A DNA stretch of 24,000 bases, taken from the NCBI GenBank assembly GCA_945878715.1, contig CAMCTX010000006.1:5384-29383 (forward strand), read 5' to 3'. Below, in pieces: positions 1 to 8,829 of this stretch. The notes below the pieces were generated by a model. It saw only the letters and a program-made list of their open reading frames with translations, was not told the DNA's origin and ran no database searches. This DNA comes from Legionella genomosp. 1 (GTDB lineage: Bacteria > Pseudomonadota > Gammaproteobacteria > UBA6186 > Azoamicaceae). Position 1 is the first letter of the stretch. Every line of letters begins with the position of its first letter. Both the position numbers and the translations under genes were made by a program.

Positions 1-515
1 AGCGTGCCGAAATAGCGACGGCTATTAAAGAACAAATGGTTGAAACCCTTAAAAATTACCACACAGGGATTTGGGTTTTAGGGGTGGTTATGCAGTTTGC
101 CAAAGCGCCAGACGAAGTACGCGCTGCTTTCGATGAAGTGATCAAGGCCTCTGCCGATGAAGAACGTTTAGTGAATCAGGCCAGAGCCTATGAAAACGAG
201 GTTCTCCCCAAAGCACGTGGAACGGCCGAGCGCTTAAAGAGCGAGGCTTTGGCAGATAAAGAAGAAAGCATTTTAATAGCAGAAGGTAATGTGAAACGCT
301 TTAATCTAGTGCTGCCCCAGTATTTGCTCGCACCCAAGGTCACGCAAGCACGTTTGTATATCGAAACCATCGAAGCCGTCTTGTCTAAAGCTTCCAAGGT
401 AATGGTCGATCTGCCACAAGGTAATAACGTGGTGTATCTGCCCATAGAACCCTTAAAAAGTGCAGTACCTATCACAGAGAGTGAATTACCACAACCACAG
501 GGGAAAACACCATGA
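1..515 (+). CDS. hflK: HflK (FtsH modulator, SPFH/band-7 family), C-terminal part; the 5' end lies outside the window
   Basis: The frame of the ATG at 36 stays open back to the window edge (..RAEIATAIKEQ-MVETL..). The translation has HflK-type C-terminal motifs (PDEVRAAFDEVI, AYENEVLPKARG, ARLYIETIEAVL). Its stop overlaps the hflC start (ATGA at 512-515), the usual hflKC arrangement. Confidence 0.85.
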   Translation, partial: RAEIATAIKEQMVETLKNYHTGIWVLGVVMQFAKAPDEVRAAFDEVIKASADEERLVNQARAYENEVLPKARGTAERLKSEALADKEESILIAEGNVKRFNLVLPQYLLAPKVTQARLYIETIEAVLSKASKVMVDLPQGNNVVYLPIEPLKSAVPITESELPQPQGKTP

Positions 516-1429
516 CACGTTCTGGGATGTTCATGGTTGCGCTCATCACCCTATCCGTCGCGGTGGTCTCTTCCTTATTTACGGTGTATGAATCTTCCCG
601 TGTCATTATTGCGCGCTTAGGGGCTTTGCAAAGTGATGCACAGGGGGAAGTCTGTATTTATGGGCCAGGGTTACACTGGAAGCTACCCTTGCTGGATACC
701 GTCCACAGTTTTGATACGCGTTTACACATGACAGAAGTGCCTTCCGAACGCATTGTTACCAAAGAAAAAGAAGTACTCTTGGTCGATCTCTTTGTGCAGT
801 GGCGTATTAAAGATTATGCGCTCTATTATAATGCGACCCAGGGTCAGGGTTTGGGCGATGGCTTATCGGGTTTAGATCGTGCACAGCAGTTATTGCGCCA
901 AAATGTAAAGGGTGTGCTGCATGCAGAGTTTGGGCTTCGCACTTTACAAGAGGTAGTCTCGGGCGAGCGTAAAGAGCTCACCGAAAAGCTTGCCAAACGC
1001 AGCAACGACAATGTACGGGCCTATGGGATGGAAGTCGTCGATCTACGCGTGAATCGCGTGGAATATCCACCTGAAGTCAATGAAAAAGTTTTTGCGCGTA
1101 TGAGTTCTGAGCGCAAAAGAGTGGCTGTAGGTTATCGGGCCAGCGGTGAATCCAAGGCAGCGATTATCCATGCAGATGCCGATAGAAAAGCCAAGATTAT
1201 GATTGCCGAAGCACAAAAAGAAGCCGAACAATTGCGGGGTGAAGGCGATGCCAAAGCCTCTCAGATCTACGCCAGCAGTTTTAATCAGGCACCAGAATTT
1301 TATCAATTTTATAGAAGCTTAGAGGCCTATCGCACTATCTTTAACAGCAAAGAGGATCGATTAATTCTCAAACCCGATAGCGAGTTCTTTAAGTATTTTC
1401 GCAGTGGCCAATATAAAAATAAAGAGTGA
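512..1429 (+). CDS. hflC: HflC (FtsH modulator, SPFH/band-7 family)
   Basis: 305-aa ORF with an N-terminal membrane anchor (MFMVALITLSVAVVSSLF) and a band-7 core (VLLVDLFVQWRIKD, GMEVVDLRVNRVEYPPEV, AEQLRGEGDA). It is translationally coupled to hflK. Confidence 0.9.
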   Translation: MTRSGMFMVALITLSVAVVSSLFTVYESSRVIIARLGALQSDAQGEVCIYGPGLHWKLPLLDTVHSFDTRLHMTEVPSERIVTKEKEVLLVDLFVQWRIKDYALYYNATQGQGLGDGLSGLDRAQQLLRQNVKGVLHAEFGLRTLQEVVSGERKELTEKLAKRSNDNVRAYGMEVVDLRVNRVEYPPEVNEKVFARMSSERKRVAVGYRASGESKAAIIHADADRKAKIMIAEAQKEAEQLRGEGDAKASQIYASSFNQAPEFYQFYRSLEAYRTIFNSKEDRLILKPDSEFFKYFRSGQYKNKE

Positions 1430-1452
1430 AGAAGGCATGTTAGAAGATTGCA

Positions 1453-1539
1453 TGGTGCCGAGGAGAGGACTTGAACCCCCACGGAGTTTCCCCCACAAGC
1501 ACCTGAAGCTTGCGTGTCTACCAATTTCACCACCTCGGC
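1453..1539 (-). tRNA. tRNA-Leu, anticodon CAG (type II, long variable arm), with encoded CCA
   Basis: The reverse complement reads GCCGAGGTGGTGAAATTGGTAGACACGCAAGCTTCAGGTGCTTGTGGGGGAAACTCCGTGGGGGTTCAAGTCCTCTCCTCGGCACCA. It has a 7-bp acceptor stem (GCCGAGG/CCTCGGC), anticodon loop TTCAGGT, a TTCAAGT T-loop, and is 87 nt long. It aligns closely with my recollection of E. coli tRNA-Leu(CAG). The T-stem contains two G-U pairs. Confidence 0.93.
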
Positions 1540-1548
1540 CAGAGGCAA

Positions 1549-1577
1549 ACTGTAGCGATCCTTCGGATCAAAGTCAA
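1549..1577 (-). promoter_or_regulatory. Candidate sigma70 promoter for tRNA-Leu
   Basis: On the minus strand: TTGACT (plus 1572-1577), a 17-nt spacer, then TACAGT (plus 1549-1554). The -10 ends 9 nt upstream of the mature tRNA 5' end. The spacer contains the small hairpin GATCCTTCGGATC. Confidence 0.45.
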
Positions 1578-1606
1578 TGGTAAACTGGTATGCTTATCAA
1601 GAACGA

Positions 1607-1698
1607 ATTTTAGGTGTTCCCGAAGCGAGGAACCGTTTTCCCGAAGCCCCCTTTCAGGGGGCGAGTTGGGTACCGCAGCGCAGGGAAGCACCTAAAAT
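1607..1698. repeat. 92-nt imperfect palindrome (long hairpin element) in the tRNA-Leu / rnr spacer
   Basis: The outer arm ATTTTAGGTGTTCCC (1607-1621) pairs with GGGAAGCACCTAAAAT (1683-1698) with one bulge. The inner hairpin is GCCCCC-TTTCA-GGGGGC (1646-1662). TTCCCGAAGC is repeated directly at 1617-1626 and 1638-1647. Confidence 0.5.
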
Positions 1699-1718
1699 GA
1701 GATTGCAACGAGTATATA

Positions 1719-4037
1719 ATGTCTAAAAAACCCCCTAAAGATCCCCATGCCTCTCGTGAAGCCACGCGCTATGAGAATCCTATTCCCAGCCGGGAATTTA
1801 TTCTCGAGCACTTAGAGCATCGGGGGGAGCCTGCCTTGTACGATGAGTTGCTTCAGGAACTCGATCTTGTGGAAGAAGATAGGCAAGAAGCCTTGCATCG
1901 CAGAATCAAAGCCATGTTAAGAGATGGTCAGCTCGACAGGCTTAAAGGCGGTTATTTTTGTATTGCGCCCCAACGCATTGTGGTAGAAGGTACCATCTTG
2001 GTGGAAAAGGGCAAGCAGCGCAGAGTGTGGATCCTCCCTAAAGATGGTACGGCGCGCCTAAGCTTAGCCTGGGAAGGCACAGAGCCTGTGTATACGGGTA
2101 ATAAAGTATTGGTTGCCACCACGGAGCCCGATAGCACACAAGTGCGCAGTGCCAAACTGCTGGAAATTCTCGAACAGCAGCGCGTTTTAATAACCGGGCG
2201 TTTTATACAAGAAGCGGGTTTTTCTCATGTGATACCCCATGGCAAAGAAAAAGAAGTGGTGCGTGATATTTTAATCCCACAAGGCAAAGAACACGCTGCG
2301 ATGGATGGCCAAATGGTGGTGGTCGAGCTGCTCAAGCAGTCTTCACGTTGGTCCGATCCCCTAGGCCAAGTGGTAGAAATATTAGGCTCTGAAGAGACAC
2401 CTGGTATTGAAATAGAAGCCGCCATGCGTGCCTATGAATTACCCCATCTGTGGTCTGAAGCCGCGCTTTTAGAAGCCGAAGCCTTTGGTACTGTGGTTCC
2501 CGCGGCTGCAGCCAAAGATCGACTCGATTTACGCGATTTGCCTTTGGTCACGATCGATGGCGAAGATGCCAAAGATTTTGATGATGCGGTGTATTGCGAG
2601 GCCAAAAAAGACGGTGGTTTTACGCTAACTGTGGCCATTGCCGATGTTAGCTATTATGTGCGTGAAGCCACTATGCTCGATAGTGAGTCCGAACTGCGGG
2701 GTACGTCTGTTTATTTTCCAGGCAAAGTCATCCCCATGTTGCCCGAACAGCTTTCCAATGAATTATGTTCTTTAAAGCCCCAGGTCGATCGCTTGTGTAT
2801 GGCCTGTGTCATGTCCATTAATGCCGAAGGTAAAATAACGCACTATGCCTTTCACGAAGCCATTATCTGTTCCAAAGCTAGGCTTACCTATACCATCGTT
2901 GCCGATCTGCTTCGCAGTCCTCAGGATCTGCCTGCAGACTCACCCTATGCGCCCCTTTTACCCGCATTGCAGCGCTTAGAAGCCCTGTATAAAGTATTAA
3001 AAACAGCCCGGGATCTGCGAGGGGCTGTGGAATTTGAAAGTGCCGAAACACGTATTATTTTTGGAGAAAATCGAAAGATTGAGCGTATCGAACCCGTGCA
3101 TCGTAACGATGCCCATCGTATTATCGAAGAATGTATGTTATGTGCCAATGTGGCCTGTGCCAGCTTTTTGAAAAAGCATCAATTACCCGGGCTTTATCGC
3201 AATCATCAGGGGCCTTCCAAAGAAAAACTGGCCGATTTGCGTACTTTCTTAAGTGAATTAGCGCTATCCTTGGGTGGTGGAGACGATCCCGAACCCTTAG
3301 ATTATGCCAGGCTCTTACACTCGGTACAAAAACGCGCGGATGCGACTATTATTCAAACCGTTTTATTACGATCCTTATCGCAGGCCGTTTATGCGAAAGA
3401 TAATCTAGGCCATTTTGGTTTGGCCTATCCTATGTATGCGCATTTTACGTCGCCTATTCGACGCTATCCCGATCTCTTAGTGCACCGACAAATCCGCTTG
3501 TTTTTACGCAATCAATGGACCGATAAAAAACAAGCGCAGGCGAAGAGCGAAGAGGCGCAACAAAGGCTCGCACGGGTGGGTGAGCATGTGTCGATGACCG
3601 AAAGACGTGCCGATGATGCGGTGCGCGATGTTACGCGTTGGCTGAAGTGTCAATATATTCAGCAACATGTGGGCGAGGTCTTTACGGCGCTTATTTCAGG
3701 GGTCACACGCTTTGGTTTTTTTGCAGAATTAAAAGAGCTGTATATCGATGGCTTAGTGCATGTCACCAGTCTTCGCAACGATTATTATTATTTCGATGCC
3801 ATTCATCATCGCTTAGTGGGTGAACGCAGTGGTGTGAGCTATAAGCTGGGCGATAGCGTGCAGGTAAAGGTTGTCAAGGTGGATGTGGATGATCGTAAAA
3901 TCGATTTTGAATTAGTCGGAGAGCCGCAACACACGCTTCGCCCCGATCAAAAACCCCGCAAAAAGAAAGCCTATAGAAGCAATCCTTCACGCAAGGGGCC
4001 CACCACCGGTGCAGGTCGCAAAAAGGCTGCGAAATAA
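1719..4037 (+). CDS. rnr: Ribonuclease R (RNB-family 3'-5' exoribonuclease)
   Basis: 772-aa ORF with an N-terminal winged-helix region, an RNB catalytic core (TIDGEDAKDFDDAV, HFGL..YAHFTSPIRRYPDLLVHR), an S1 domain (GEVFTALISGVTRFGFF..VKVVKVDVDDRKIDFEL) and a Lys/Arg-rich tail. The rnr-rlmB pairing is conserved synteny. Confidence 0.95.
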   Translation: MSKKPPKDPHASREATRYENPIPSREFILEHLEHRGEPALYDELLQELDLVEEDRQEALHRRIKAMLRDGQLDRLKGGYFCIAPQRIVVEGTILVEKGKQRRVWILPKDGTARLSLAWEGTEPVYTGNKVLVATTEPDSTQVRSAKLLEILEQQRVLITGRFIQEAGFSHVIPHGKEKEVVRDILIPQGKEHAAMDGQMVVVELLKQSSRWSDPLGQVVEILGSEETPGIEIEAAMRAYELPHLWSEAALLEAEAFGTVVPAAAAKDRLDLRDLPLVTIDGEDAKDFDDAVYCEAKKDGGFTLTVAIADVSYYVREATMLDSESELRGTSVYFPGKVIPMLPEQLSNELCSLKPQVDRLCMACVMSINAEGKITHYAFHEAIICSKARLTYTIVADLLRSPQDLPADSPYAPLLPALQRLEALYKVLKTARDLRGAVEFESAETRIIFGENRKIERIEPVHRNDAHRIIEECMLCANVACASFLKKHQLPGLYRNHQGPSKEKLADLRTFLSELALSLGGGDDPEPLDYARLLHSVQKRADATIIQTVLLRSLSQAVYAKDNLGHFGLAYPMYAHFTSPIRRYPDLLVHRQIRLFLRNQWTDKKQAQAKSEEAQQRLARVGEHVSMTERRADDAVRDVTRWLKCQYIQQHVGEVFTALISGVTRFGFFAELKELYIDGLVHVTSLRNDYYYFDAIHHRLVGERSGVSYKLGDSVQVKVVKVDVDDRKIDFELVGEPQHTLRPDQKPRKKKAYRSNPSRKGPTTGAGRKKAAK

Positions 4038-4774
4038 TGGCCGATCATTGGTTATACGGGATCCATCCCATTCAAACATTATTGCGTACAGCGCCCGAAC
4101 GTATTTTAGAACTCAGTGTGGCAGACAATGCCGAGCCTGCACGTCTTGACCCCATTGTATCCGAAGCACGTGCGGCCGGTATTTCTGTACAATCCTACCC
4201 CAGAAAAACCCTCGATCAATGGGCAGGGACCGATAAACATCAAGGTCTGGTGGCACGGGTGCGTGCCCAAGCAGCCTTAGGCGAACACGATCTGGACGAT
4301 TTAATCAAACGTCATCCAAAACCCTTTTTATTAATTCTAGATGGTGTACAAGATCCCCATAATTTAGGCGCTTGTCTGCGTACCGCCGATGCCGCTGGGG
4401 TGCATGCCGTGATTATTCCTAAGCATCAAGCCGCCCATTTAAGTCCTGTGGTGCATAAGGTTGCCTGTGGCGCGGCCGAAACAATCCCCCTTATACAGGT
4501 TCAAAATTTAGCACGTTGTATGCGTGATTTAAAGACGCAAGGCATTTGGATGGTGGGCGCAAGCCTAGGTGCACCGAAGACCCTGTATGAAGTCGATTTG
4601 AATAGCCCCCTCTGTATCGTGCTCGGTGCAGAAGGCACAGGCTTACGACATCTCACCGAGGAACAATGCGATTGGTTGGTCGAAATCCCCATGCGGGGTG
4701 CCGTATCAAGTCTCAATGTCTCGGTCGCAACCGGTGTCTGTTTGTACGAAGCGCTGCGTCAGCGAAAGTCTTGA
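4037..4774 (+). CDS. rlmB: 23S rRNA (guanosine-2'-O)-methyltransferase RlmB (SpoU/TrmH family)
   Basis: 245-aa ORF with SpoU motifs (LDGVQDPHNLGACLRTADAAGV, IVLGAEGTGLR, IPMRGAVSSLNVSVATG). Its start overlaps the rnr stop (TAATG at 4035-4039). Confidence 0.9.
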   Translation: MADHWLYGIHPIQTLLRTAPERILELSVADNAEPARLDPIVSEARAAGISVQSYPRKTLDQWAGTDKHQGLVARVRAQAALGEHDLDDLIKRHPKPFLLILDGVQDPHNLGACLRTADAAGVHAVIIPKHQAAHLSPVVHKVACGAAETIPLIQVQNLARCMRDLKTQGIWMVGASLGAPKTLYEVDLNSPLCIVLGAEGTGLRHLTEEQCDWLVEIPMRGAVSSLNVSVATGVCLYEALRQRKS

Positions 4775-4844
4775 ATTCAAGCAGGTCTTCGGTATACGAT
4801 CAGAATTGTGCTATTGAGTGCACGGCATGTCAAAGGATTGATCC

Positions 4845-6554
4845 ATGCTCACACCCACAGTCTACCAAGCTCGCTTAGAACAAGAAGAAAAGCTGATCCA
4901 AAGATACCAAGCAGTAATCGACCAACAAAACGCCACGATCGATTCAATACGTGCAGACTTTGACATTAAAATCGCAGGCATTAACCAACAACAATTAGCA
5001 TTCGATCAAAAACAAAAATTGCTAACAGTGTACATGGAATGTTTAAGAAATTATTTACACCTTTGGGAGTCTTATACACCCACCAATCTGGATGCGCCAC
5101 TCGAGGCTGAGCATGGTAAAACCAGACTATCCAGAGATGGTACAGAAGTGACTTTCAGAACATTGATTGATAGACAGCACAAAGCCTATCAGGATCGTAT
5201 TGTGCAGTGTGCACAGGGTATTATCGAAGATTATAAAGCCTTTTTAAACAATCGCATGACGGTTTTTGTAGAAGATACCTTTCTCATCAATCCTCAGAGT
5301 CAAGCCTTAATCGATCAAGAACTAGCACGTTTTAGCGCTGCCTTGTACAACCCAGTGGTTGCACACTATGCATCATTTGTTTTTCCACAGACAGAGGCTT
5401 TGGTGCGTGATTGTCTTTGTGAAACACAGGCAGATTTTCTTGAAATCCAAAATCAGTATGTTCGTTGTTTGGATGCACAACCTGTGGTTGTAGAACAAAG
5501 CGATGTTTTTCAAGGCGACACACGAGAAAAAATTGAAATATTAAGGTCTCAGTATTTGGAAATCCTTCCGAGTGATGTGAGCAGTATGATTTATACCTGG
5601 TGTGGCAGTGGCGATCTACAGGCTTTGGCCCAACATCTTCAAGATAGTACTGAATCACCTTTTCATGTCAGTGCTTATCTGAAGCATCATGCACCAGAGG
5701 CCCTGCATAGGGCTTGTGGTGCTAATCAATTAATGCTTGTCAAACAATTGCTGGATGAAGGTGTGAAACCCATGCCCGATCGCTATGCTTATCCACCCGT
5801 TCATTATGCCGCTTTATATTCACATCACGATACCATCCCTATTTTGGAGGCACTTTATCAACACGATCATCAGACCATGATGCATACAGGACCCAGAAGG
5901 CAAATGCCTTTGCATACAGCTGCAGCCTCTGGTAATGTCTATGCAGTGATGTGGTTGCTTCACAGAGCGGCTCCGATCAATGCACACGATGCCGACGGCA
6001 ATACGCCCCTACATTGTGCAGTCTTGTACGATCAGGCGGTGATTGTGCGGTTATTATGTTCACAAGGGGCTCTATTTCTGTACAACCATCATCAATTGAC
6101 ACCGCTTGCTTTGGCCATACGTTGGGAAAAACAGGAAGCCCTGAAGGCTTTTGATGAAATACAGTTGTCGATGGTCGAGCGTATAGCCTTAGCCAGTTCC
6201 TATGTTTCACACCGATTATCGCTCGGGAGTAGACGACGTATAGAAAGCGTGGCTGCGGCATTATCCCCCCCAGGACAAGTATTACCAGACAGTACCGATG
6301 ACATCATGCAAGCGATGCGAAGAGGTGCCCTAACAGCGTTTGAAGATCCACCTGTGGCCTCAATACGATGCACAGTCAAAGCACCCTCACCTCAAGCGAA
6401 AGCTATAGCCTCTAAAAAATTTCCTGTGTTATTCCATTTTCCTCGGTTAAGGCAGAAGAAACTAGGCGTGGAAGAAATAAGTCATTCAACTACAGAATCA
6501 GGATACACAGCCATAGAATTAGAACCTATTAAATCAAGTCAGATAACACTTTAG
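4845..6554 (+). CDS. Ankyrin-repeat protein with an N-terminal coiled coil and an acidic, Ser/Thr-rich C-terminus; candidate secreted effector
   Basis: 569-aa ORF. About 4-5 ANK repeats lie at roughly aa 250-438 (nt ~5592-6158), for example PLHTAAASGNVYAVMWLLHRAAPINAHDADGNTPLHCAVLYDQAVIVRLLCSQGA. The N-terminal ~70 aa are Gln/Lys/Ile-rich with heptad character. No signal peptide is present. The AAGGA motif 6 nt upstream of the ATG is a plausible RBS. Confidence 0.8.
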   Translation: MLTPTVYQARLEQEEKLIQRYQAVIDQQNATIDSIRADFDIKIAGINQQQLAFDQKQKLLTVYMECLRNYLHLWESYTPTNLDAPLEAEHGKTRLSRDGTEVTFRTLIDRQHKAYQDRIVQCAQGIIEDYKAFLNNRMTVFVEDTFLINPQSQALIDQELARFSAALYNPVVAHYASFVFPQTEALVRDCLCETQADFLEIQNQYVRCLDAQPVVVEQSDVFQGDTREKIEILRSQYLEILPSDVSSMIYTWCGSGDLQALAQHLQDSTESPFHVSAYLKHHAPEALHRACGANQLMLVKQLLDEGVKPMPDRYAYPPVHYAALYSHHDTIPILEALYQHDHQTMMHTGPRRQMPLHTAAASGNVYAVMWLLHRAAPINAHDADGNTPLHCAVLYDQAVIVRLLCSQGALFLYNHHQLTPLALAIRWEKQEALKAFDEIQLSMVERIALASSYVSHRLSLGSRRRIESVAAALSPPGQVLPDSTDDIMQAMRRGALTAFEDPPVASIRCTVKAPSPQAKAIASKKFPVLFHFPRLRQKKLGVEEISHSTTESGYTAIELEPIKSSQITL

Positions 6555-6563
6555 GCTAAGTAG

Positions 6564-6591
6564 TTCACAGAACATTCGCCAAGACTATCTA
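6564..6591 (+). promoter_or_regulatory. Candidate glyA promoter
   Basis: TTCACA (6564-6569), a 16-nt spacer, then TATCTA (6586-6591), about 64 nt upstream of the glyA ATG. This is a motif match only. Confidence 0.25.
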
Positions 6592-6654
6592 AGTCAGGTA
6601 AGATAGCATCTGTAGGGGCAGGTCTGAAGTGCCGGCCCTATCTAGGAGACCTGA

Positions 6655-7914
6655 ATGGCCCATTTTTATTCCGATCAGACTCTCGCCGATTTCGACCCAC
6701 CCCTGTGGGCGGCTATTAGGGGCGAGCAGCAGCGTCAGGAAGATCATATCGAACTCATTGCTTCTGAAAATTATGTGAGCCCTAGGGTTTTAGCCGCACA
6801 AGGCTCCGTTTTAACCAATAAATACGCCGAAGGTTACCCGGGTAAGCGCTACTATGGGGGCTGTGAATATGTCGATCAAGCCGAACTACTAGCTATCGCG
6901 CGTGCCAAAGAACTCTTTGGGGCCGCCTATGCCAATGTGCAGCCCCATTCAGGATCACAGGCCAATGCGGTGGCCTATATGGCTTTGCTTTCGCCTGGCG
7001 ATACTATTTTAGGGATGAGCCTAACCCATGGGGGGCATTTAACCCACGGGGCGAGTTTTAATTTCTCAGGTCGTTGTTATAAAGCTATTCAATATGGGGT
7101 AAAGCCTGAAACGGGTTTAATTGATTACGATCAGGTGCGTGCCCTTGCTTTGGAACATAAACCTAAACTCATTGTCGCAGGCTTTTCAGCCTATTCTAGA
7201 ATTGTTGATTGGCAGCAGTTTAGAGAAATAGCCGACAGCATTGGGGCTTATTTAATGGTAGACATGGCCCATGTGGCGGGTTTAGTGGCCACCGGTTTAT
7301 ACCCTTCACCCATCAATATTGCCGATGTTACAACCACGACCACGCATAAAACCTTAAGAGGTCCGCGTGGGGGCTTGGTGTTGGCGCGTGCCAATCCCGT
7401 GATTGAAAAAAAGCTCAATGCCGCGCTTTTCCCCGGTTTACAAGGAGGCCCTCTCATGCACGTCATCGCTGCCAAAGCGGTGGCTTTTAAAGAAGCACTG
7501 GATCCAGCCTTTAAAAATTATCAACAGCAAATTTTAAATAATGCACGTTTTTTTGCAGAGGGTCTTAGCAAGCAAGGCTTTAAGATTATTTCCGGGGGTA
7601 CGGATAATCATTTATTTTTAGTGGATCTCTCAGGCCAAGGCATTACCGGTCAGCAAGCCGAAGCGCTTTTAGAACAGGCCAATATTACCTTGAATAAAAA
7701 TACCATTCCCAATGATCCTTTAGGTCCTGTAGTAACCAGTGGATTACGCATAGGCACCCCCGCTATTACGACGCGCGGCTTTAAAGAACCCGAAGTACAG
7801 TGCCTGGTAGATTGGATCTCGGCCATTCTGAAACAGCCTTCTGATAGGGCGCTTTTACAAGGTATACGCTCGGAAGTTTTAGCCCTGTGTCATCGTTTTC
7901 CGGTGTATGCCTAA
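6655..7914 (+). CDS. glyA: Serine hydroxymethyltransferase
   Basis: 419-aa ORF with hallmark SHMT motifs: [39 protein letters not shown], and the PLP-lysine context [15 protein letters not shown]. Confidence 0.97.
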   Translation: MAHFYSDQTLADFDPPLWAAIRGEQQRQEDHIELIASENYVSPRVLAAQGSVLTNKYAEGYPGKRYYGGCEYVDQAELLAIARAKELFGAAYANVQPHSGSQANAVAYMALLSPGDTILGMSLTHGGHLTHGASFNFSGRCYKAIQYGVKPETGLIDYDQVRALALEHKPKLIVAGFSAYSRIVDWQQFREIADSIGAYLMVDMAHVAGLVATGLYPSPINIADVTTTTTHKTLRGPRGGLVLARANPVIEKKLNAALFPGLQGGPLMHVIAAKAVAFKEALDPAFKNYQQQILNNARFFAEGLSKQGFKIISGGTDNHLFLVDLSGQGITGQQAEALLEQANITLNKNTIPNDPLGPVVTSGLRIGTPAITTRGFKEPEVQCLVDWISAILKQPSDRALLQGIRSEVLALCHRFPVYA

Positions 7915-8384
7915 TGCGCTGTCCTTTTTGTGCCACGGCCGATACAAAAGTGGTAGACTCTCGTCTGGTAGGGGAAGGTGACCAAGTAAGACGTCGTCGA
8001 GAGTGCGTAGGGTGTAATGCACGCTTTACCACCTATGAGACCACCGAGCTCTATGTGCCAAGGCTCCTAAAGCGGGATGGTCGTTGCGAGCAGTTTAGAG
8101 AAGAAAAATTACGGGCAGGCCTTCTGCGTGCTTTAGAAAAACGACCCGTGCGTATCGAAGAGGTTGATGCAGCCTTAAACCGGATTGTCGATAAATTAAG
8201 AGCATCGAGTGAACGAGAAGTAGAAACAAAAATAGTAGGTGAGTGGGTGATGGAAGAATTAAAAGCTTTGGATGAGATTGCCTATGTGCGTTTTGCATCG
8301 GTCTATCGTCGTTTTCAAGATGTGAGTGAATTTACCGAAGAGATTGCACGTTTAGAAAAGCCGGTAGAAGCCCATGATGAGTGA
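7914..8384 (+). CDS. nrdR: NrdR transcriptional repressor (zinc ribbon + ATP-cone)
   Basis: The start is reassigned to [17 protein letters not shown] (a canonical NrdR N-terminal zinc ribbon; second Cys pair in [12 protein letters not shown]), followed by an ATP-cone. This ATG overlaps the glyA stop (TAATG at 7912-7916). The track start at 7887 would add 9 non-conserved residues inside glyA. Confidence 0.93.
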   Translation: MRCPFCATADTKVVDSRLVGEGDQVRRRRECVGCNARFTTYETTELYVPRLLKRDGRCEQFREEKLRAGLLRALEKRPVRIEEVDAALNRIVDKLRASSEREVETKIVGEWVMEELKALDEIAYVRFASVYRRFQDVSEFTEEIARLEKPVEAHDE

Positions 8385-8811
8385 TCCCAAACCCTCTTTT
8401 TCAGGCAGACGCAGAGCCCGTCGCTATGCACTACAAGCCCTCTATGGTTGGGGCCTCAGTCAAAACCCTTTGGCGGATGTCGAAACCTATACGCTGTCTG
8501 AGCATCAACACGGCGAGGTTGATAGCGCCTATTTTCAAATTCTTTTACATAGTATTCCCACCCAATTAAGTATTTTAGACAAACTGTTCGAACCTTATTT
8601 AAGCCGCAATCTGCGTGATTTGGGTTTAATTGAGCTTACGATTTTGCGTATTGCCGTCTACGAACTCAAAGAGCACACGGAAATCCCTTATCGTGTGGTG
8701 ATCAATGAAGCCTTAGAGCTCGCCAAAACCTTTGCTGCGCCCGATAGCCATAAATTTGTAAATGGTATTTTGGATAAGGTTAGAAAAGATCTCAGACCCT
8801 TAGAAAATTAG
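8374..8811 (+). CDS. nusB: Transcription antitermination factor NusB
   Basis: 145-aa ORF with the NusB signature ([15 protein letters not shown] .. [29 protein letters not shown]). It overlaps the nrdR 3' end by 11 nt, or 8 nt if the second ATG at 8377 is the start. Confidence 0.9.
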   Translation: MMSDPKPSFSGRRRARRYALQALYGWGLSQNPLADVETYTLSEHQHGEVDSAYFQILLHSIPTQLSILDKLFEPYLSRNLRDLGLIELTILRIAVYELKEHTEIPYRVVINEALELAKTFAAPDSHKFVNGILDKVRKDLRPLEN

Positions 8812-8829
8812 CAACTGCTCGCCCTCACC

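Noticed and set aside
1327-1695. Track ORFs 1327-1548 (-) and 1510-1695 (+)
   Set aside because: Both run through the tRNA-Leu gene and the palindromic spacer element. The tRNA explains the sequence far better.
1607-1698. The long hairpin as SRP (4.5S) RNA or another known small RNA
   Set aside because: The GGAAGCA-like string is superficial. The apical loop is TTTCA, not GNRA; the conserved SRP domain IV internal loops are absent; and the size and context do not fit 6S, tmRNA or RNase P RNA.
1430-1718. tRNA-Leu as an integration site for a genomic island
   Set aside because: The tRNA 3' end faces hflC only 23 nt away, and the 5' side runs into conserved rnr. I saw no integrase and no direct repeat of the tRNA 3' end in the window.
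4775-4844. PmrA-type (tandem TTAATATT-like) effector promoter upstream of the ankyrin gene
   Set aside because: No TTAA-containing tandem motif is present in the 70-bp spacer.
5332-5658. 108-aa ORF antisense to the ankyrin-protein gene
   Set aside because: It lies within a longer, motif-bearing sense ORF, and its translation has no features. It is treated as a shadow ORF.
6619-6653. glyA leader stem CAGGTCT(6619-6625)/AGACCTG(6647-6653) partly covering the SD, considered as a riboswitch
   Set aside because: It is only a 7-bp stem. I could find no match to the ZTP, THF or glycine riboswitch cores I know, so it is insufficient for a regulatory call.
7887-7913. Upstream start of nrdR (MSSFSGVCL-)
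   Set aside because: It would place 9 non-conserved residues in front of the canonical NrdR MxCPxC zinc-ribbon N-terminus and overlap glyA by 28 nt. The ATG at 7914 (TAATG coupling) is preferred.
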